Positions 40,111-53,491 of a DNA stretch of 64,000 bases are shown here, piece by piece (position 1 is the stretch's first letter; every line of letters begins with the position of its first letter). Location: assembly GCA_951406725.2 (NCBI GenBank), contig OX597820.1, forward strand, positions 112,592,001 through 112,656,000, given 5' to 3'. This DNA is from Octopus vulgaris. Lineage: Eukaryota. The notes under the pieces are model-generated. The model ran no database searches, was not told where the DNA came from, and worked only from the letters and a program-made list of their open reading frames with translations. Position numbers and translations under genes: made by a program.

Positions 40111-40996
40111 TATATATTCTAAATGATGATGATATTTTCATTTGTTGGTTTACTTATTATTACACCCATTTCCTTATTTCCATGTCAGCACATGAAGAAT
40201 AAGTCTACAGATAACAACAATTTGCATTTACATTGTAGCAGTTTGGCAGTTTGGTTTACAATTAGATATTTTACATTCCTTAACCTCAGTTGCTCAATCA
40301 GGAAATACATGGAGGTACATTATAATTATTTTGCATCTAGGCTGTCAAAGCGAAATAAGAGAAAATAAGAGAAATTCACTTGCTATAGAATCACAGCTGG
40401 CCAAGTTAATAGAATGTCCAGACTATTGACTAAAGAGCTTGACCATTTATACATTTCATTGCTGACCTAGCGCTATATACATAGCAAAACCATTTACTCA
40501 TGTCAGCTGAATCCATCTAGCTGTAAATGTGCACCATGAGTGGTTTTGTAATGAGAGAGAATATAACATAATAATGTAGTGTGTTTACTTAGCTGTGGGA
40601 AATCTTTAGAAAGGCACCAAAAAGCTATATAAATGCCTAGTAACAAGCAAGAGTATTTGTTTCAGATTTGTAAAACTAAGGATTTGGTTAGGTCTTGTGA
40701 GTGTTATAACTGCCTGTCCCATCCTTTATGCCCTCAAGGCATAAAATATCAAGAGGGAATCTTACTTAATTATGAAAGATTCCATGATGACCAAAAATGC
40801 TTTGTCAAAGCCAGCCCCATAAGCATTATCGATCTCAGGTTTAGAACTTCCATTCTTTGGGTGAGCAATATGTGAAACAAAATATGTCAACCATATCTCA
40901 GTGAATTCTGTCTTTGCGCAGCAAAATTACAGAACGAAGTTTGAAAGCCGTTCTAATATGTGTCAATTTTTATTTATGTTTTACTGTAAATGTAAA

Positions 40997-40999
<3 letters not shown>

Positions 41000-41088
<89 letters not shown>
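41000..41088. repeat. (TG)n microsatellite
   Basis: Directly visible. Confidence 0.97.
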
Positions 41089-41091
<3 letters not shown>

Positions 41092-42495
41092 ATGAGAGTG
41101 TATGTTAATCCAAGAATAATACAAAAACAGCAGAGTAGTGGCTTTTTTGCTCTATCTTCTTACAGTGTTTCCTCAACACCCACCACCACCATCACCACCA
41201 CCAATGCTGCTGTAGATATTTACAGCTTCATTCTCAGTCAGAGAGTGTGCAGCTTAATTCTAAATGTTAAAACAGCTTTATCTCATTGCATTAACACAGA
41301 TTTGTGTTGGAGTTTCATAACCACTTTACAAAGTCATCACAGGCTATCATAGATTTAAAGCAAACACTCATTACAGGAAAATATCTTGTTTATATAAATT
41401 TAGGGGAAGAGAGAGAAAACAGCAAGGTGTCAAGTTGCTGTCGATAGGGAAGAAGTGTGCATGCTTTAGGCTAACAGTACTGTGCACATGAATGCATAAA
41501 CACTAACAGCCAGCAATGTGTGTCTGTATGTATGTATGTATATGTGGGGAGAGTTTACGAAAAAAACAAAAGACGAAGACAGGTGATGAACAAAACAAAC
41601 AGATGTATTAGTTTAACACTCAGGAATAGAAAAAGTCTTTTACATTTCGAGCCTATGCTCTTCTACAGAAAGGGACACAGAAAAAAACAAGGGGAGAAAA
41701 AAAATGTGTGTAGTGGCTAACGATCTATCATATGTATGCATATATACGTGGGTGTATGTGAAGTATTGTCTAACAGTCAGTAATATGTGATTTCAGTTTA
41801 TGTTTTGGTACTCTCTGTATTTACCTTTTAACCAATAGTGAAGGCAGACTATATGACTAATAACCCGGTAATAATAATTTCGTATTTTGGCACAAGACCA
41901 GCAAGTTCAAGAGAGCAGGTAAGTCTTATTTTAAGTACTTATTTTATCAACCCTGAAAGGACGAAATGCAAAGTTGAAATCTGCAGAATTTGAACTCAGA
42001 ATGTATAGACAGACAAAATGCTGCTAAGTATTTCGTCTACCATGCTAATGATTTTGCCGGATCACTACTTTTAATAACCCAGTAATAATGAAAGTACTTT
42101 GGTTTTACTAGGGTTCACGATCTTTGTTTTTACCAATAAAAGAATGTATACAAATCAATATACAGTGATTTCTTATATTTTTTTTTCATTTATTCTGGAG
42201 TAAAAAAGTGTTGCATTCACAATTATAAGGTTGTGGTTTCCATTTCCATTCTGGATGGTGTGTTGTGTTCTTGAGCAAGACACTTCTCTTCATACTGCTT
42301 CTCTCCACTCAGCTGTAAATGAGTTTCAGCAGTGGCTGGGAAGTTAACCCTGTGATGAAGAAGTGTCTCAGTTTTTTAAGGGTGAGGGAGTTGTAACCTC
42401 AGTCACTTACACACCATTGAAAGCAGGTTAAGGGCTCATGACAGACCTAAATAAGAGAGTTGTAGTTTGCTTGAAGCATTGTAATATCAAAGACA

Positions 42496-42769
42496 CTAAA
42501 AAGAGAGAAAATGCAGTAAGTTTCTGACAATGCAGAAAGTTTAATAAAAGCTCATCTTCAGAAGAAAAACAGTATGGAAAATGTCCAGTTATGTAGTTCT
42601 GTTGACTCATTCTAATTTCCATAACACTAGGGAATTTGAATCAGAATCTACATAACTTGGACATTTCCAAGACTATTCTTTTCTTCTGAATATGGGCCTT
42701 TGCGCCTGAAATAGAAAGGTTTTATTAAACTTTCTGCATTGTCAGAAGCTTTCTATTTTCTCTCTTTAG
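42496..42769. mobile_element. Foldback unit with hammerhead-like remnant, probable PLE pLTR pair
   Basis: 42496-42601 is inverted relative to 42642-42769. The right arm has CTGAATA-tgggc..gcct-GAAA; the left arm on the minus strand has CTGAAGA followed by a deletion. Confidence 0.55.
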
Positions 42770-43229
42770 ACCTAAGTAAGTTATTCGGGTTGTGCCTATG
42801 GCCTGTTATAGGCCCTCCAAGATAGATGGGAAGGGATCAAGGTATCCTCAAACAAGAAACCTGACTTGAATATTTGCAACAAAATGGACTTCATTAAAGC
42901 TATCCAATGTACCAGGTGGTGGTGTTAAATTAGGCAATTGATTAAATCTACCACTCAAATAAACCATGGGAGATCTTGAGCCCAGAATGCATGGAACTGG
43001 AACAAACACTCTCTGGCTTCTGGTCTGACATTCTTACAGTTCTTCCAATCCATCACTTTGAATTGGTACTCTTTTTACTGACACTGAAAGGATGAAAGGT
43101 AAAACTGACCTTGGCAGGATTTGAACTTGTAGTGCAGTGTGTTGGAATTCAAATACCACAAAACAATGTCAGATGCTCTCTCAACTCTGCTAATTCCCTG
43201 TCATTTAAAAAAATTATTTCCATCTAGTT

Positions 43230-43782
43230 TGGTACAGCCCACATGTTCATCAGTCACAATAATATGTTGGACATCTCAATCCTTTGGGTATCAATACACT
43301 AAAGCTTGAATACTCAGCAGGTAACTTGGTAGAAGCTCACAAGATTATTCGCCATCTCTTCAACAACTTTTGCCAGAATTTTGAATTCAATGCCTCTATC
43401 ACTTGTGGATATACTTATAAAATTTTAAAACAGCACAGCACTCAAGACTTTCAGAAACATTTTTTTCATTCTCAGAATTATTGAAGCACTGAATAAACTA
43501 CCTGGATCAGTGGTTAGCTGTGAGGACTCAACAGCCTTGAAAAATTCCATGCTCTCTGAAATTAGCCAATACTACTCCTGATGTATTCCATCTATTCCTC
43601 TTTATGACTCTCAATGTTCACTTTCCTGTCTTTTTGTGTTAATTCTATGTACTATACACATACTTCTAACCGTCAATGTTGTTTTCCTTTACTTGACTTT
43701 TGACTGTGTTTGACTGTGTTCTGTACTTGCTTTTAAGCTTTTCTGTTGAGTTGTAGTGCACCTGAGCACTCTATGTAATAAG

Positions 43783-43842
<60 letters not shown>
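43230..43842 (+). mobile_element. CR1-like LINE 3' remnant
   Basis: LGINTL..NLVEAHKII..TCGYTYKILKQHS..DFQKHFF..RIIEALNKLPGSVV resembles the TRGH..RKHFFS.RV...WN.LP..VV motif; ends in (ATT)n. Confidence 0.7.
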
Positions 43843-45339
43843 GAAAGGATAAAAATGAATGAAAGAGCTTACCTTCTGTAACTCACTGAAAGATGGCTGA
43901 ATTAGTAAGTATGGGGTCTAATAATAAGATGTTTATCATGAGTATTACTGGTGCAAATCAAATGAAAACCTCATTCTCTCAATCAAACATGAGTTCAGAT
44001 GACCTAATAGACATGACGGGACTCACCAAGAGTTTTCTTCTACCCTATTGTGCTCTTTCCAGTCTAATATTCAAAGATTAGATTTGGCTGAAGAATATTG
44101 GGTGGAACTGAGAAATTATCTGGTGATGATTGGAATAAAAAGATAAATGATAATATCCATGAAAGAGAGAAAGAGAGAGGGGGGGGAGGGAGGTGAAGGT
44201 CTGAAGATTGAAAGTTCTGCTGATGAGACGAAGGATTAGATGGGCAGTAACTGTTGGTTATCATTGAATATTAAATATTTATAGAACAGTAAACTGAACT
44301 ATTTTCAGAGTGTGAAGCAAGCGGAAGAGATTATCCAAATTCCTAACGACAAATCAGAATACTAGACATGACATAAGTATCTTTGACCATGAAAAAAGCT
44401 TTGCTCCTTTCGTTTCTAACCTATCAACCCATTTACTGCACCTTTAACTATTCTACAATCATTATCATCAGCTGCATTAATTTGTGTCTGAGTAGTTAAT
44501 CTATAATGAGTGAGTGAGCCTCTTCATCTTGATGGATGTGGAGGGTGCTGGTACCTGAAGTGGTTGTTCATGCTAAGGGCAGTATAGAAGAGCTGGGGGA
44601 GTTTATCAGAAAGGAGGGTTGGAAGAGGACAAGGAAATGTGAGTTGTTCTTTGTGTCTGACATCAGATCTCTGCGCCTTGGCTGTTATTTCCCATCTGGT
44701 TTACTCCTTTGATGATAACATGCCACCACTATGGGCAATCCTCAGCGATTGTCTCTCAGGTATTTGAGTTAATGGTGCAGCAGAGGACAGTGTCCTTGAG
44801 CTGGTTCCAGAAACAGAATTTGGGAGCACTAGCATTTCACAACAATTGCTAATGTAAAAATCCCTAAAATCACTCATGGCAATAGGTTATGTAGTAGGCT
44901 GAAAGGTTCAAGGAAGTAAATGGAAAAAGGAAGTTTATTTAGAATTAAACAAGAAATCAAATCCGGTTCAGCAAGCACTGAGATATGAATTTAAGCCAGA
45001 ATAAGGTGGAGTATTCCAGCACAATCTATTTATCAAGTTAGGTTTTAGTGTTTATCAACAGAGGTTTTAGTTCGTTTTGACAGCTGTATATGTCTTAAAC
45101 AAACACAGCTTTCAATAAACTAAGCATTTCAAATCATTGTACACATCAATGAAATGATATTTAATTATGTTAGAATATTTGTGCTAACACAAATAATTGT
45201 GTAAACTGGTATTTTATCATCTTCGTCATCGCTGTCGTCATTGCCGCCGCCACCACCACCACCACCACCACCACCACCACCTTCTTCTTCTTCTTCTTCT
45301 TCTTCTTCTTCTTCTTCTTCTTCTTCTTCTTCTTCTTCT

Positions 45340-45604
45340 TCTTTTTCATGCTTGCAAGGATTAGACAGAATTTGCTGAGGCAGATTTGAACCCTTCCTGC
45401 CTCCAATGCCCACCTGCTTCCAAGTAAGGTAATATCTCCCATGGTCAGACATGTTTTTCAGGGATATCATTTGTATGATGACAATGCTTGCTTATAACCA
45501 TCACATAAGGTCAAGACAAGGGTATACATAGACTTGTGTATGCATGCATACATACATACATACATACATACATACATACATACATACATACATACATACA
45601 TACA

Positions 45605-45635
<31 letters not shown>

Positions 45636-45803
45636 GTACATGATGGGTTTCTTTTCAATTTCCATCTATAAAATCCATTTATAAGGATTTGGTATGCCTG
45701 GGCAACAGTAGAAGACACTTGCCCAAGGTGCTGTGCAGTAGGACTGAACCTAAGTCCACATTGATGGGAAGCAAACTTTTAAACTACTTAGCTATGCCTG
45801 CAC
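45340..45803 (-). mobile_element. SINE group A head with RTE-like tail
   Basis: Reverse-orientation equivalent of 10982-11406 with an internal (TACA)n. Confidence 0.65.
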
Positions 45804-46146
45804 TGATCCCAGTTTCATACAAATCAGGAAATAATAATCCTTTTCAACATGAAAATATTCAAATATATCTTATCATCCTAATACTTCAGATATATTTAAT
45901 AGGTTAAAAAAGATCAATAATGTCCCAGTGCTCATAATATCCTCACCTTATTGATTTCTTTCTTTGCTAGAACACAAGTAAATTATGTTTATGTATTTGT
46001 TTTGCAAAATTCCCGATGAGAAATTGTGTACTGAAACATATTGTTATATTTGGGGATCATCATTTTTTTTCTTTTTTTTTTTTGCCAATTAACCACAGAA
46101 AGACAGAATGAACTAAACAGAACAGGAGGAGACACATAGGATGGAG

Positions 46147-46192
46147 AGTCACTGAAAAGGTCACAAGATGTGTGGTGAAAAATTTCAGACAA
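46147..46192 (+). ncRNA. Decayed minimal hammerhead-like motif
   Basis: gtca-CTGAAAA-ggtcaca agatg tgtggt-GAAA-AATT-TC-agac; same family as 53316-53362. Confidence 0.4.
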
Positions 46193-48528
46193 AGGACACT
46201 AAAATAAGACTAAGCTGATGTGAAGAATGAGCATATAGTGTGTGGTTAATTGGTGAAAAGAAAAAAGACCTTTTCCAAATATAAAAAAAAAAACAAGCAA
46301 ATTTATTTTCAAGTCATTTCATCAATTTGGAGAAGATGGGAAGCAAACTCCAAGCCAGTAGGATTCGAGGCAGTTGACTGTTTCAGTTATTGACTGCTCT
46401 TGTAATGATATCTTTAAAATGGTTCATGAGCTCAAATAATTGTGTAAGCTACTGCAACATCTCTCAAAGTGGTAAGTATTGATTTCTCACATGTGCACAT
46501 GGCCATAAATTGTAGAGGAGGAGGAGGAGGAGGAGGAGGAGCATAGATGATTGCACATATCTGGTACTAATGCTAACGAATTTGAATAGATGAAAGTCAA
46601 CTGATTCCAGTGGGATTTGAACTCAGAGTTGTAATATCACATTACTAACTACCACAAACTATTTTGCTTCAATTTTCCCACCATTTATGCTGCTATAACA
46701 TCCATCAGACTTATAAATTTTACATAAATTTATATAACATTCAAAAGCTAGATTTTACTTTTAAATTTCAGAGTTGGACAGAATAAACATCCTCCTGAAC
46801 ATCTGCCACCACCACCACCACCACCACTATCTTTTCATTGAGGCAGATTTTCTACAATTAGATGCCCTTCTGTTGCCAACCCTCAACTCTTTTCCAGCAA
46901 GATAATATTTCTCCATGGCTAGACATATTTACACAAGACCGTCAATGAAGGACACTGCTTGCATGATGGTGACACACACTTACAACAATCACACACTATC
47001 AAGATGAGGTGACAAGAACACACACACACACACACACACACATGATAGATTTATTTTAGTTTCTCTCTATTAAATCAAATCACAGGGCTTTCATCAATCT
47101 GAAGGCACCCAATATGCTGCACAGAAGGATTGAGCTCAAAACCGTATGGTTGGGAAGCAAGCTACTTAACCACAGATGCATTTCTCTCAAAATTGCTCAA
47201 TCTACTTAACTGTAAATAGATAATGAGTTCAAATTCTCCTGTACACAAAAAAAAAAAAAAAATTCAATTGTAGAGAAAGTCAATATATAACTATTTCTGG
47301 AATAAACCAACAAATCATTGTAGACATTCCTGTTCCATAGGGCCACATTTCATTATTTTCTTTATCTGACTTCAGCCAGAGGTTGTAGCCATTCTGGGCA
47401 CAGTCTTTAGTATGACTGATTTTTATTTCCTATTCACTGACTGGCTTTCTCCATGGAATTGTTTGTCATGAAGTAGTGAGTTGGAAACAACTGCTCTTTT
47501 TCGTATTTTCTGCTGTGATGTGGGTTCATCTGGTACCTTGGATAAAAACTTGTCCAAATATTCTTTGAAAACGTCTACATATGTATCTTTGAAGGTCTAG
47601 TTCCCAATTTTGAGACTGAAAGCTATACCAATCATCACACTGGATGCTATTGCATAATATAAAAAATCCTGTTCTATCCCACTCAAATAACAACCCCATA
47701 CTGTAACAGCTTTAACTCCAGAGCCCACAACTTTTTAACACTTTCCCAAACAACTTCAGGGACGTTCAAAGATCTACTGGATGCATTTTTAGTAATTTCG
47801 TTGGGTTAATAATGGAAACAGAATTATTGTTTCATAAACTTTCACACTCACAAAGACTTTTTACTACAAACTTTTACAACACAATTGAAAAGAACATAAA
47901 AAAATACATCAAAATCTGAACGTCAATAGAAATTAATTCATTGAAATGGTAAGAATACCATCAATACATGACTCTTGTGACATCGGTTGTTTATAAACAC
48001 AAAGTGTTGTTGTTTTAACTCATCATGAAAACGGAAGTTTCCAGAATCATTTTATTCAAATCATATCAAAACAAATTTAATATGATTTAAATTTCATGCA
48101 ATATTTTGTCGATTTTTTTTTTGTTATTTATTCTTAATGCAAAATTAGAAATAGTCGTATGCAAAAAAATTGCAAGTGACATTATTTGCATTTGATATTA
48201 ACTGATGAATCTTACAGAAAATTCATATTAAACGATTTGGTATTTTGAAAATGGATGCAATTAAACAAATTATGCAAAAATCATAGAGTTGAGTATATAT
48301 ATATATGTATGTGTGGGTGTATACACACACACACACACACACACACACGCACGCCCACGCCCACACACACACAGATCTCTCATAATGCTGTGGCTTTCAT
48401 CCGGAAGGAAATCATTTCAAAGACATATTGTGTTAAAAGCTCAAAATATATTGAAATGAGGCAAGCATTGTCCCAACAGGGACTTATGAGAATGTCAGAT
48501 ACGTTTCAGTCTTGTACACAAAATATAC

Positions 48529-48589
<61 letters not shown>

Positions 48590-48594
48590 TTATA

Positions 48595-48656
<62 letters not shown>

Positions 48657-48657
48657 G

Positions 48658-48707
<50 letters not shown>

Positions 48708-49389
48708 AATGGTTTTCACCAGGCAGCTTTCTGGTAGAGCACGGTCACTTTCAGAGTGAACGTTAGGTAAATAACAAATGAAAGACAGAAGAGGGAATAT
48801 ATGAGAATATATCATTAATCACAGCAATTGTTTCGACACATGTAGCATCGACTCCTCTTGTGGGACACACAAAATCTGGTTCAGGAGTATCCGGTGGTGC
48901 AGATGTATCTCATCAAATGATAAATGAATAAAAAATCTCATTAAAATTTCTGTTCCATTATGCAACTTTCTGTTTTGTAGAGAGAAAAACAGCCAGATGA
49001 AGGAAAATTCTTCATACATATGGAAGATCCAAAACTAAAATTGCAAAAGCCAAAAGTGGAACAAACACTTAATCCAGTGAGTAAAGTATTGAAAATAACC
49101 ATTAACCGATATGGATGTATAATCGCCCTCGGGCAAGCTGCATGGCACGAGTACACACGCTCATACAAGCATTAGCAAAAATGTGAGCATATGCACACGT
49201 GAGGTTAGCTGCACTCATAATTGCAAAGCGAGTTAGATATTTAGTAGGTGTTTAGAAGAACAGAGAGGTTTAAAGTAAATTTAAGTCATCCACATCTTAA
49301 AGTAAAATTAAATAAAATTGCACTAAGTTAATTGTTACTCAAAATTCATTCTCACTGCATTGTACGAAAGTACATTTATATATATATTT

Positions 49390-49782
49390 TTTTCACTTGT
49401 TTCAGTCATTTGACTGCGGCCATGCTGGAGCACCGCCTTTAGTCGAGCAAATTGACCCCAGGACTTATTCTTTGTAAGCCCAGTACTTATTCTATCAGTC
49501 TCTTTTGCTGAACCGCTAAGTTACGGGGACGTAAACACACCAGCATCGGTTGTCAAGCAATGCTAGGGGGACAAACACAGACACACAAACACATACATAT
49601 ATATATATATACATATATACGACAGGCTTCTTTCAGTTTCCGTCTACCAAATCCACTCACAAGGCATTGGTCGGCCCGGGGCTATAGCAGAAGTCACTTG
49701 CCCAAGATGCCACGCAGTGGGACTGAACCCGGAACCATGTGGTTGGTTAGCAAGCTACTTACCACACAGCCACTCCTGCGCC
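49390..49782 (-). mobile_element. SINE group A, young full-length copy nested in the PLE
   Basis: Near-identical to 17785-18178. Confidence 0.9.
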
Positions 49783-49799
49783 TTTATGCGTGTAGGCAT

Positions 49800-50146
49800 C
49801 GATAGTCTTTCAGAAATTCTATCAAGTATCTTTTCATTAGTTCACAGAATAGACAGGGATTCCCCAGAGCAGAGATGGCATCTCCTGGAAATTGCACTGT
49901 ATGGTTTTGCATGTCTAACTATGGACCAAGTAATGTAGTACTTCGTATTAGCCTCCTTCAATCGCTATATAAAATCTGCCAAAGATGCCAAGTATCTCTT
50001 ATTGATTGACTTAAAGCTGGCAACATGATTACAATAACAATTCTTAAATGAATCAGCCATCTTCCCAATGTAAACACAGGGCCCTCTCCTTGTGTGCATG
50101 GTACATTTATATACAAGATTTGTACTCATACAGAGATTCCTCAAAG
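49800..50146 (-). pseudogene. PLE GIY-YIG endonuclease remnant (absent from the ORF track)
   Basis: PLRNLCMSTNLVYKCTMH..VYIGKMADSFKNCYCNHVASFKSINKRYLASLADFI*RLKEANTKYYITWSIVRHAKPYSAISRRCHLCSGE. Confidence 0.85.
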
Positions 50147-50254
50147 GATTTGGATCTTCTATATATATGAAGAATTTTCCTCCATCTGACTGTTTTTCTC
50201 TCTACAAAATGAAAAATTGCATTATGGAACAGTCATTTTAATGAGATTTTATAT

Positions 50255-50370
50255 TTATTTATCGCCCGACGACATATGTCTGCACCACCAGATACTCCTG
50301 AACCAGTTTTTGTGAGTCCATCAAGAGGAGTCGATGCTAGATGTGTTGAAACAATTGTTGTGATTAATAA
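50255..50370 (+). ncRNA. Type-I hammerhead-like motif with enlarged stem II
   Basis: ttatttatcgc-CCGACGA-catatgtct...agatgtgtt-GAAAC-AATT-GTT-gtgattaataa; the partner arm reads TTGATGA-gatacatct...acatgtgtc-GAAAC-AATT. Confidence 0.6.
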
Positions 50371-50958
50371 TATATTCTCGTATATTCCATCTTCTGTCTT
50401 CAATTTGTTATATATATATATGTATCTATGTATGTATTATATATTATATAATATGGGATTGAAACAGAAACCAAACGGTTGTAAGGCAAACTTCCTAACT
50501 ACATTAATTTAAATGTGTGTATGTGCGCATGGTAGATAGATGCTCACGAAGGTAGACAGTTGATTTTAATTCATTTAATTGAAACAGTTTAATACGGCGA
50601 GTGTATGACAATTCAACTGGTACTCAGGGCTATGACAATCTGAATACTTATGTAAATTAAACAAACCATATTAGTTTTTGTCAAACAAACAACAGAATGT
50701 GATGACAAATATATGACGTATAAAAAATAAAGCATTTTTACCATAAGTTATTTCACAAGACATCTACATGTTTTGGTGACTATGTACCTTGTTGGCTGTG
50801 TTGAATTAAAGAGAGTTCCTTGTTTAGCTACACAATATATAGCAATTACTGACATCACAAATAGTTGGTAGATAAAAGTCAATCACAAACATAAAAGATT
50901 AAAATGGTCAGTTTATATCATCATCATCTAATGTCTATTTTCCATATATAAGCATATG

Positions 50959-50999
<41 letters not shown>

Positions 51000-51278
51000 T
51001 ACGCATACTCACACACACACACATGCAATTGGCTTCTCTAAGTTTCCATCTACCAAATCCTCTCTCAAGGATTTGGTTGGCCTGAGGCTATAGAAGGTAC
51101 TTGCCAATGGTGTCACACAGTGGAACTGAACCCAGAACTATGTGGTTGGGAAGAAAGTTTATTACCACACAGCAACAGCTGAGCATGTGTACTTATATCT
51201 TTATATAAATATATACACACTTTTATATATACATACATTTATGTATGTATATGTGTGTGTCTCTCCCTCTATAAATAC

Positions 51279-51309
<31 letters not shown>

Positions 51310-51949
51310 AATATATATATATATATTACATGCACACACACACACACACACAAACACATACATATTTATATATATGTAGAATGTTGAAAAGGAACACATG
51401 AGTTGATATATATATGGAAAAAAAGTCAAGGTAAAAAATGCTAAAATAATTTTATAAAAAACATATCATCATCATCATCATCATCATCATCAGAAGAAGA
51501 AGAAGAAGAAGAAGAAGAAGAAGAAATAAGGCAGGAGTGGTATGATAATAGTAGGATGTTGAATGGTCAAGTGCGCTGGAAGTGACTGTTGTGGATGGTA
51601 GTAGTGATTGAATTCTTGAGGTTTCTCTTTTGAATGTGTTGTTTATAATATTTGCTTAGGTGTTATTCTAAACAGCAGTAGTAGTAAAGTAAGGAAGGAG
51701 ATGGCAGGGAGGAAGAAGACGAAGAAGAAGGAGATAGAGAAGAGGAGAAAGAATAATAAGAAAATGCAGGATGGTAGGATAGTAGTAGGATGTTAAATGC
51801 TCAAGTGACCTAAAAGTGAGTCGTTGAGGATTATAGCAGTGATTGGAACTGTTTTTTAATGAATTCTTGGGTATCTCTTTTGAATGTATCATTTTTAATA
51901 TTTGTGAGCATGTTATTCTAAGGTCATGGTGGATGTCATTTGTTGTAGA

Positions 51950-52480
51950 TGCATTCAAAAGGGGTCTGTATTTTATAATAAAGAGAGACTCTTTACTAAT
52001 TCATTGGCTACAGGCTGTATTGTCCTTGAATTGATAGAGGAGAAAAATTCTGAAGCTTGAATTTTTGTTATTGGTGCAAATGTTGTGTTGGCTGAATGCT
52101 ATTTTTCTGTTTATTGGAATTTTTATCTGGGATCTGTGCAGAGCCATCCTTTGATGTAGACTCTTTTTTGTTTGGCCAATGTATTGCTCTTGACACCCAG
52201 AGCAGGTTAGTGTGGATATCAGATTCTCCGAAACACATGTGAAGCTGCTTTCAACTGTGAAACATTGTTCCTGGTTGAAGGAGAACTCTGATCTCTCAAT
52301 TAAATTGACACATATCACACAGTTGGGTCTTCCGCATTTTTCTACTGATGGCTTCTGTGTTGTTGTTGAGCATACTCGGGCTTGTGTTAGGAGACTTTCA
52401 TAGATTTGGGCTGTCTCTTGCTTTTTATGATGGTGTGTGTTTGGATGATTAAGTTCATTCTATGGTCCTTTTTTATATAT
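51950..52480 (-). pseudogene. PLE GIY-YIG endonuclease remnant (different subtype)
   Basis: KCGRPNCVICVNL..FTCVSENLISTLTCSGCQEQYIGQTKKSLHQRMALHRSQI..FSQH: CxxC plus YIGQT..R..H motif. Confidence 0.85.
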
Positions 52481-52750
52481 TGTGCCAGTGGCACATAAAA
52501 AGTACCATTCAAGCATGATTGATGCCAGTGCCACCAGACTGGTCCTCGTGCTGGTGGCATGAAAAAAGCACCCACTACACTCCTGGTGTGGTTGGCGTTA
52601 GGAAGGGTATCCAGCTGTAGAAACTTTGCTAGATCAGACTGGAGCCTGGTACAGCCTTCTGGCTTGCCAGCCATCAGTCAAACCGTCCAACCCATGCCAG
52701 CATGGAAAGCGGACATTAAATGACGATGACAACAACGACGGCGATGATGA
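52481..52750 (+). mobile_element. RTE LINE 3' UTR fragment
   Basis: Matches 12620-12978. Confidence 0.85.
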
Positions 52751-53315
52751 TAATAACATATATATATATATATATATATTCACAAACACACATGTACACA
52801 CACACACACACACACAATAGGAAACAGCATTTCTACTTTTGCAAGTAGATGTGAACACGTGTAGCTCAGTGGTTAGGGTATTTGGCTAACACAATTGTAA
52901 GGTCATGAGTTCAATTCCCAGCAGTGTGTTGTGTCATTGAGCAAGACACTTTATTTATGAAACTAAATACTGCTCACACACACACACACACACACACATG
53001 CACACACACATTTTGTTTGGTTCAAAAGTTTGTTCCCCACCTGCATGATTTTAGGTAAGGCAGCTTCAACAAGTGTCTTCATCAGAGTTAATTTATTTGA
53101 TGGAAACTGAAAGTAGCTCATTGCATATACATATATATATATATATATATATATCAATTCGTTTTGCAAGATTTCTAAAGTGAAATCATGTGTTGAAACC
53201 GATATTGTTGTATTTTGGGACAGTCATCATGTTTTTCTTTTTTGCCAAATAAACACACGCACTATATATTTTTTCTTCCCTTGTTTATTACTGTTCTTAT
53301 TTTCACTCATGTCCA

Positions 53316-53362
53316 TTGTCCAGAAATCTTTCATCACACATCTGTGACCTCTTCAGCAACAC
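53316..53362 (-). ncRNA. Minimal hammerhead-like motif with canonical core
   Basis: Minus strand: gtgttg-CTGAAGA-g-gtcaca gatg tgtgat-GAAA-GATT-TC-tggacaa. Confidence 0.5.
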
Positions 53363-53449
53363 TTTTCATTTTCGTGTGTGTTCTTGCTTTACTTACTCCA
53401 TTCTTTTCTTCTAAGATGTGTATCCTTATGTGTGCATGCATTTGTGTCC

Positions 53450-53491
<42 letters not shown>

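Larger units (their letters stand above)
48703..50411 (-). mobile_element. 5'-truncated Penelope-like element with inverted pLTRs, carrying a nested SINE
   Basis: ~260-bp inverted arms at 48771-49033 and 50149-50411 bracket a GIY-YIG remnant. Both arms carry a hammerhead-like motif, and the element is flanked by (TA)n. Confidence 0.8.

Noticed and set aside
44220-44235. Isolated CTGATGA matches (also ~26390, ~37299, ~48202)
   Set aside because: No pairing stem II/GAAA/stem III/UH arrangement follows; chance heptamers.
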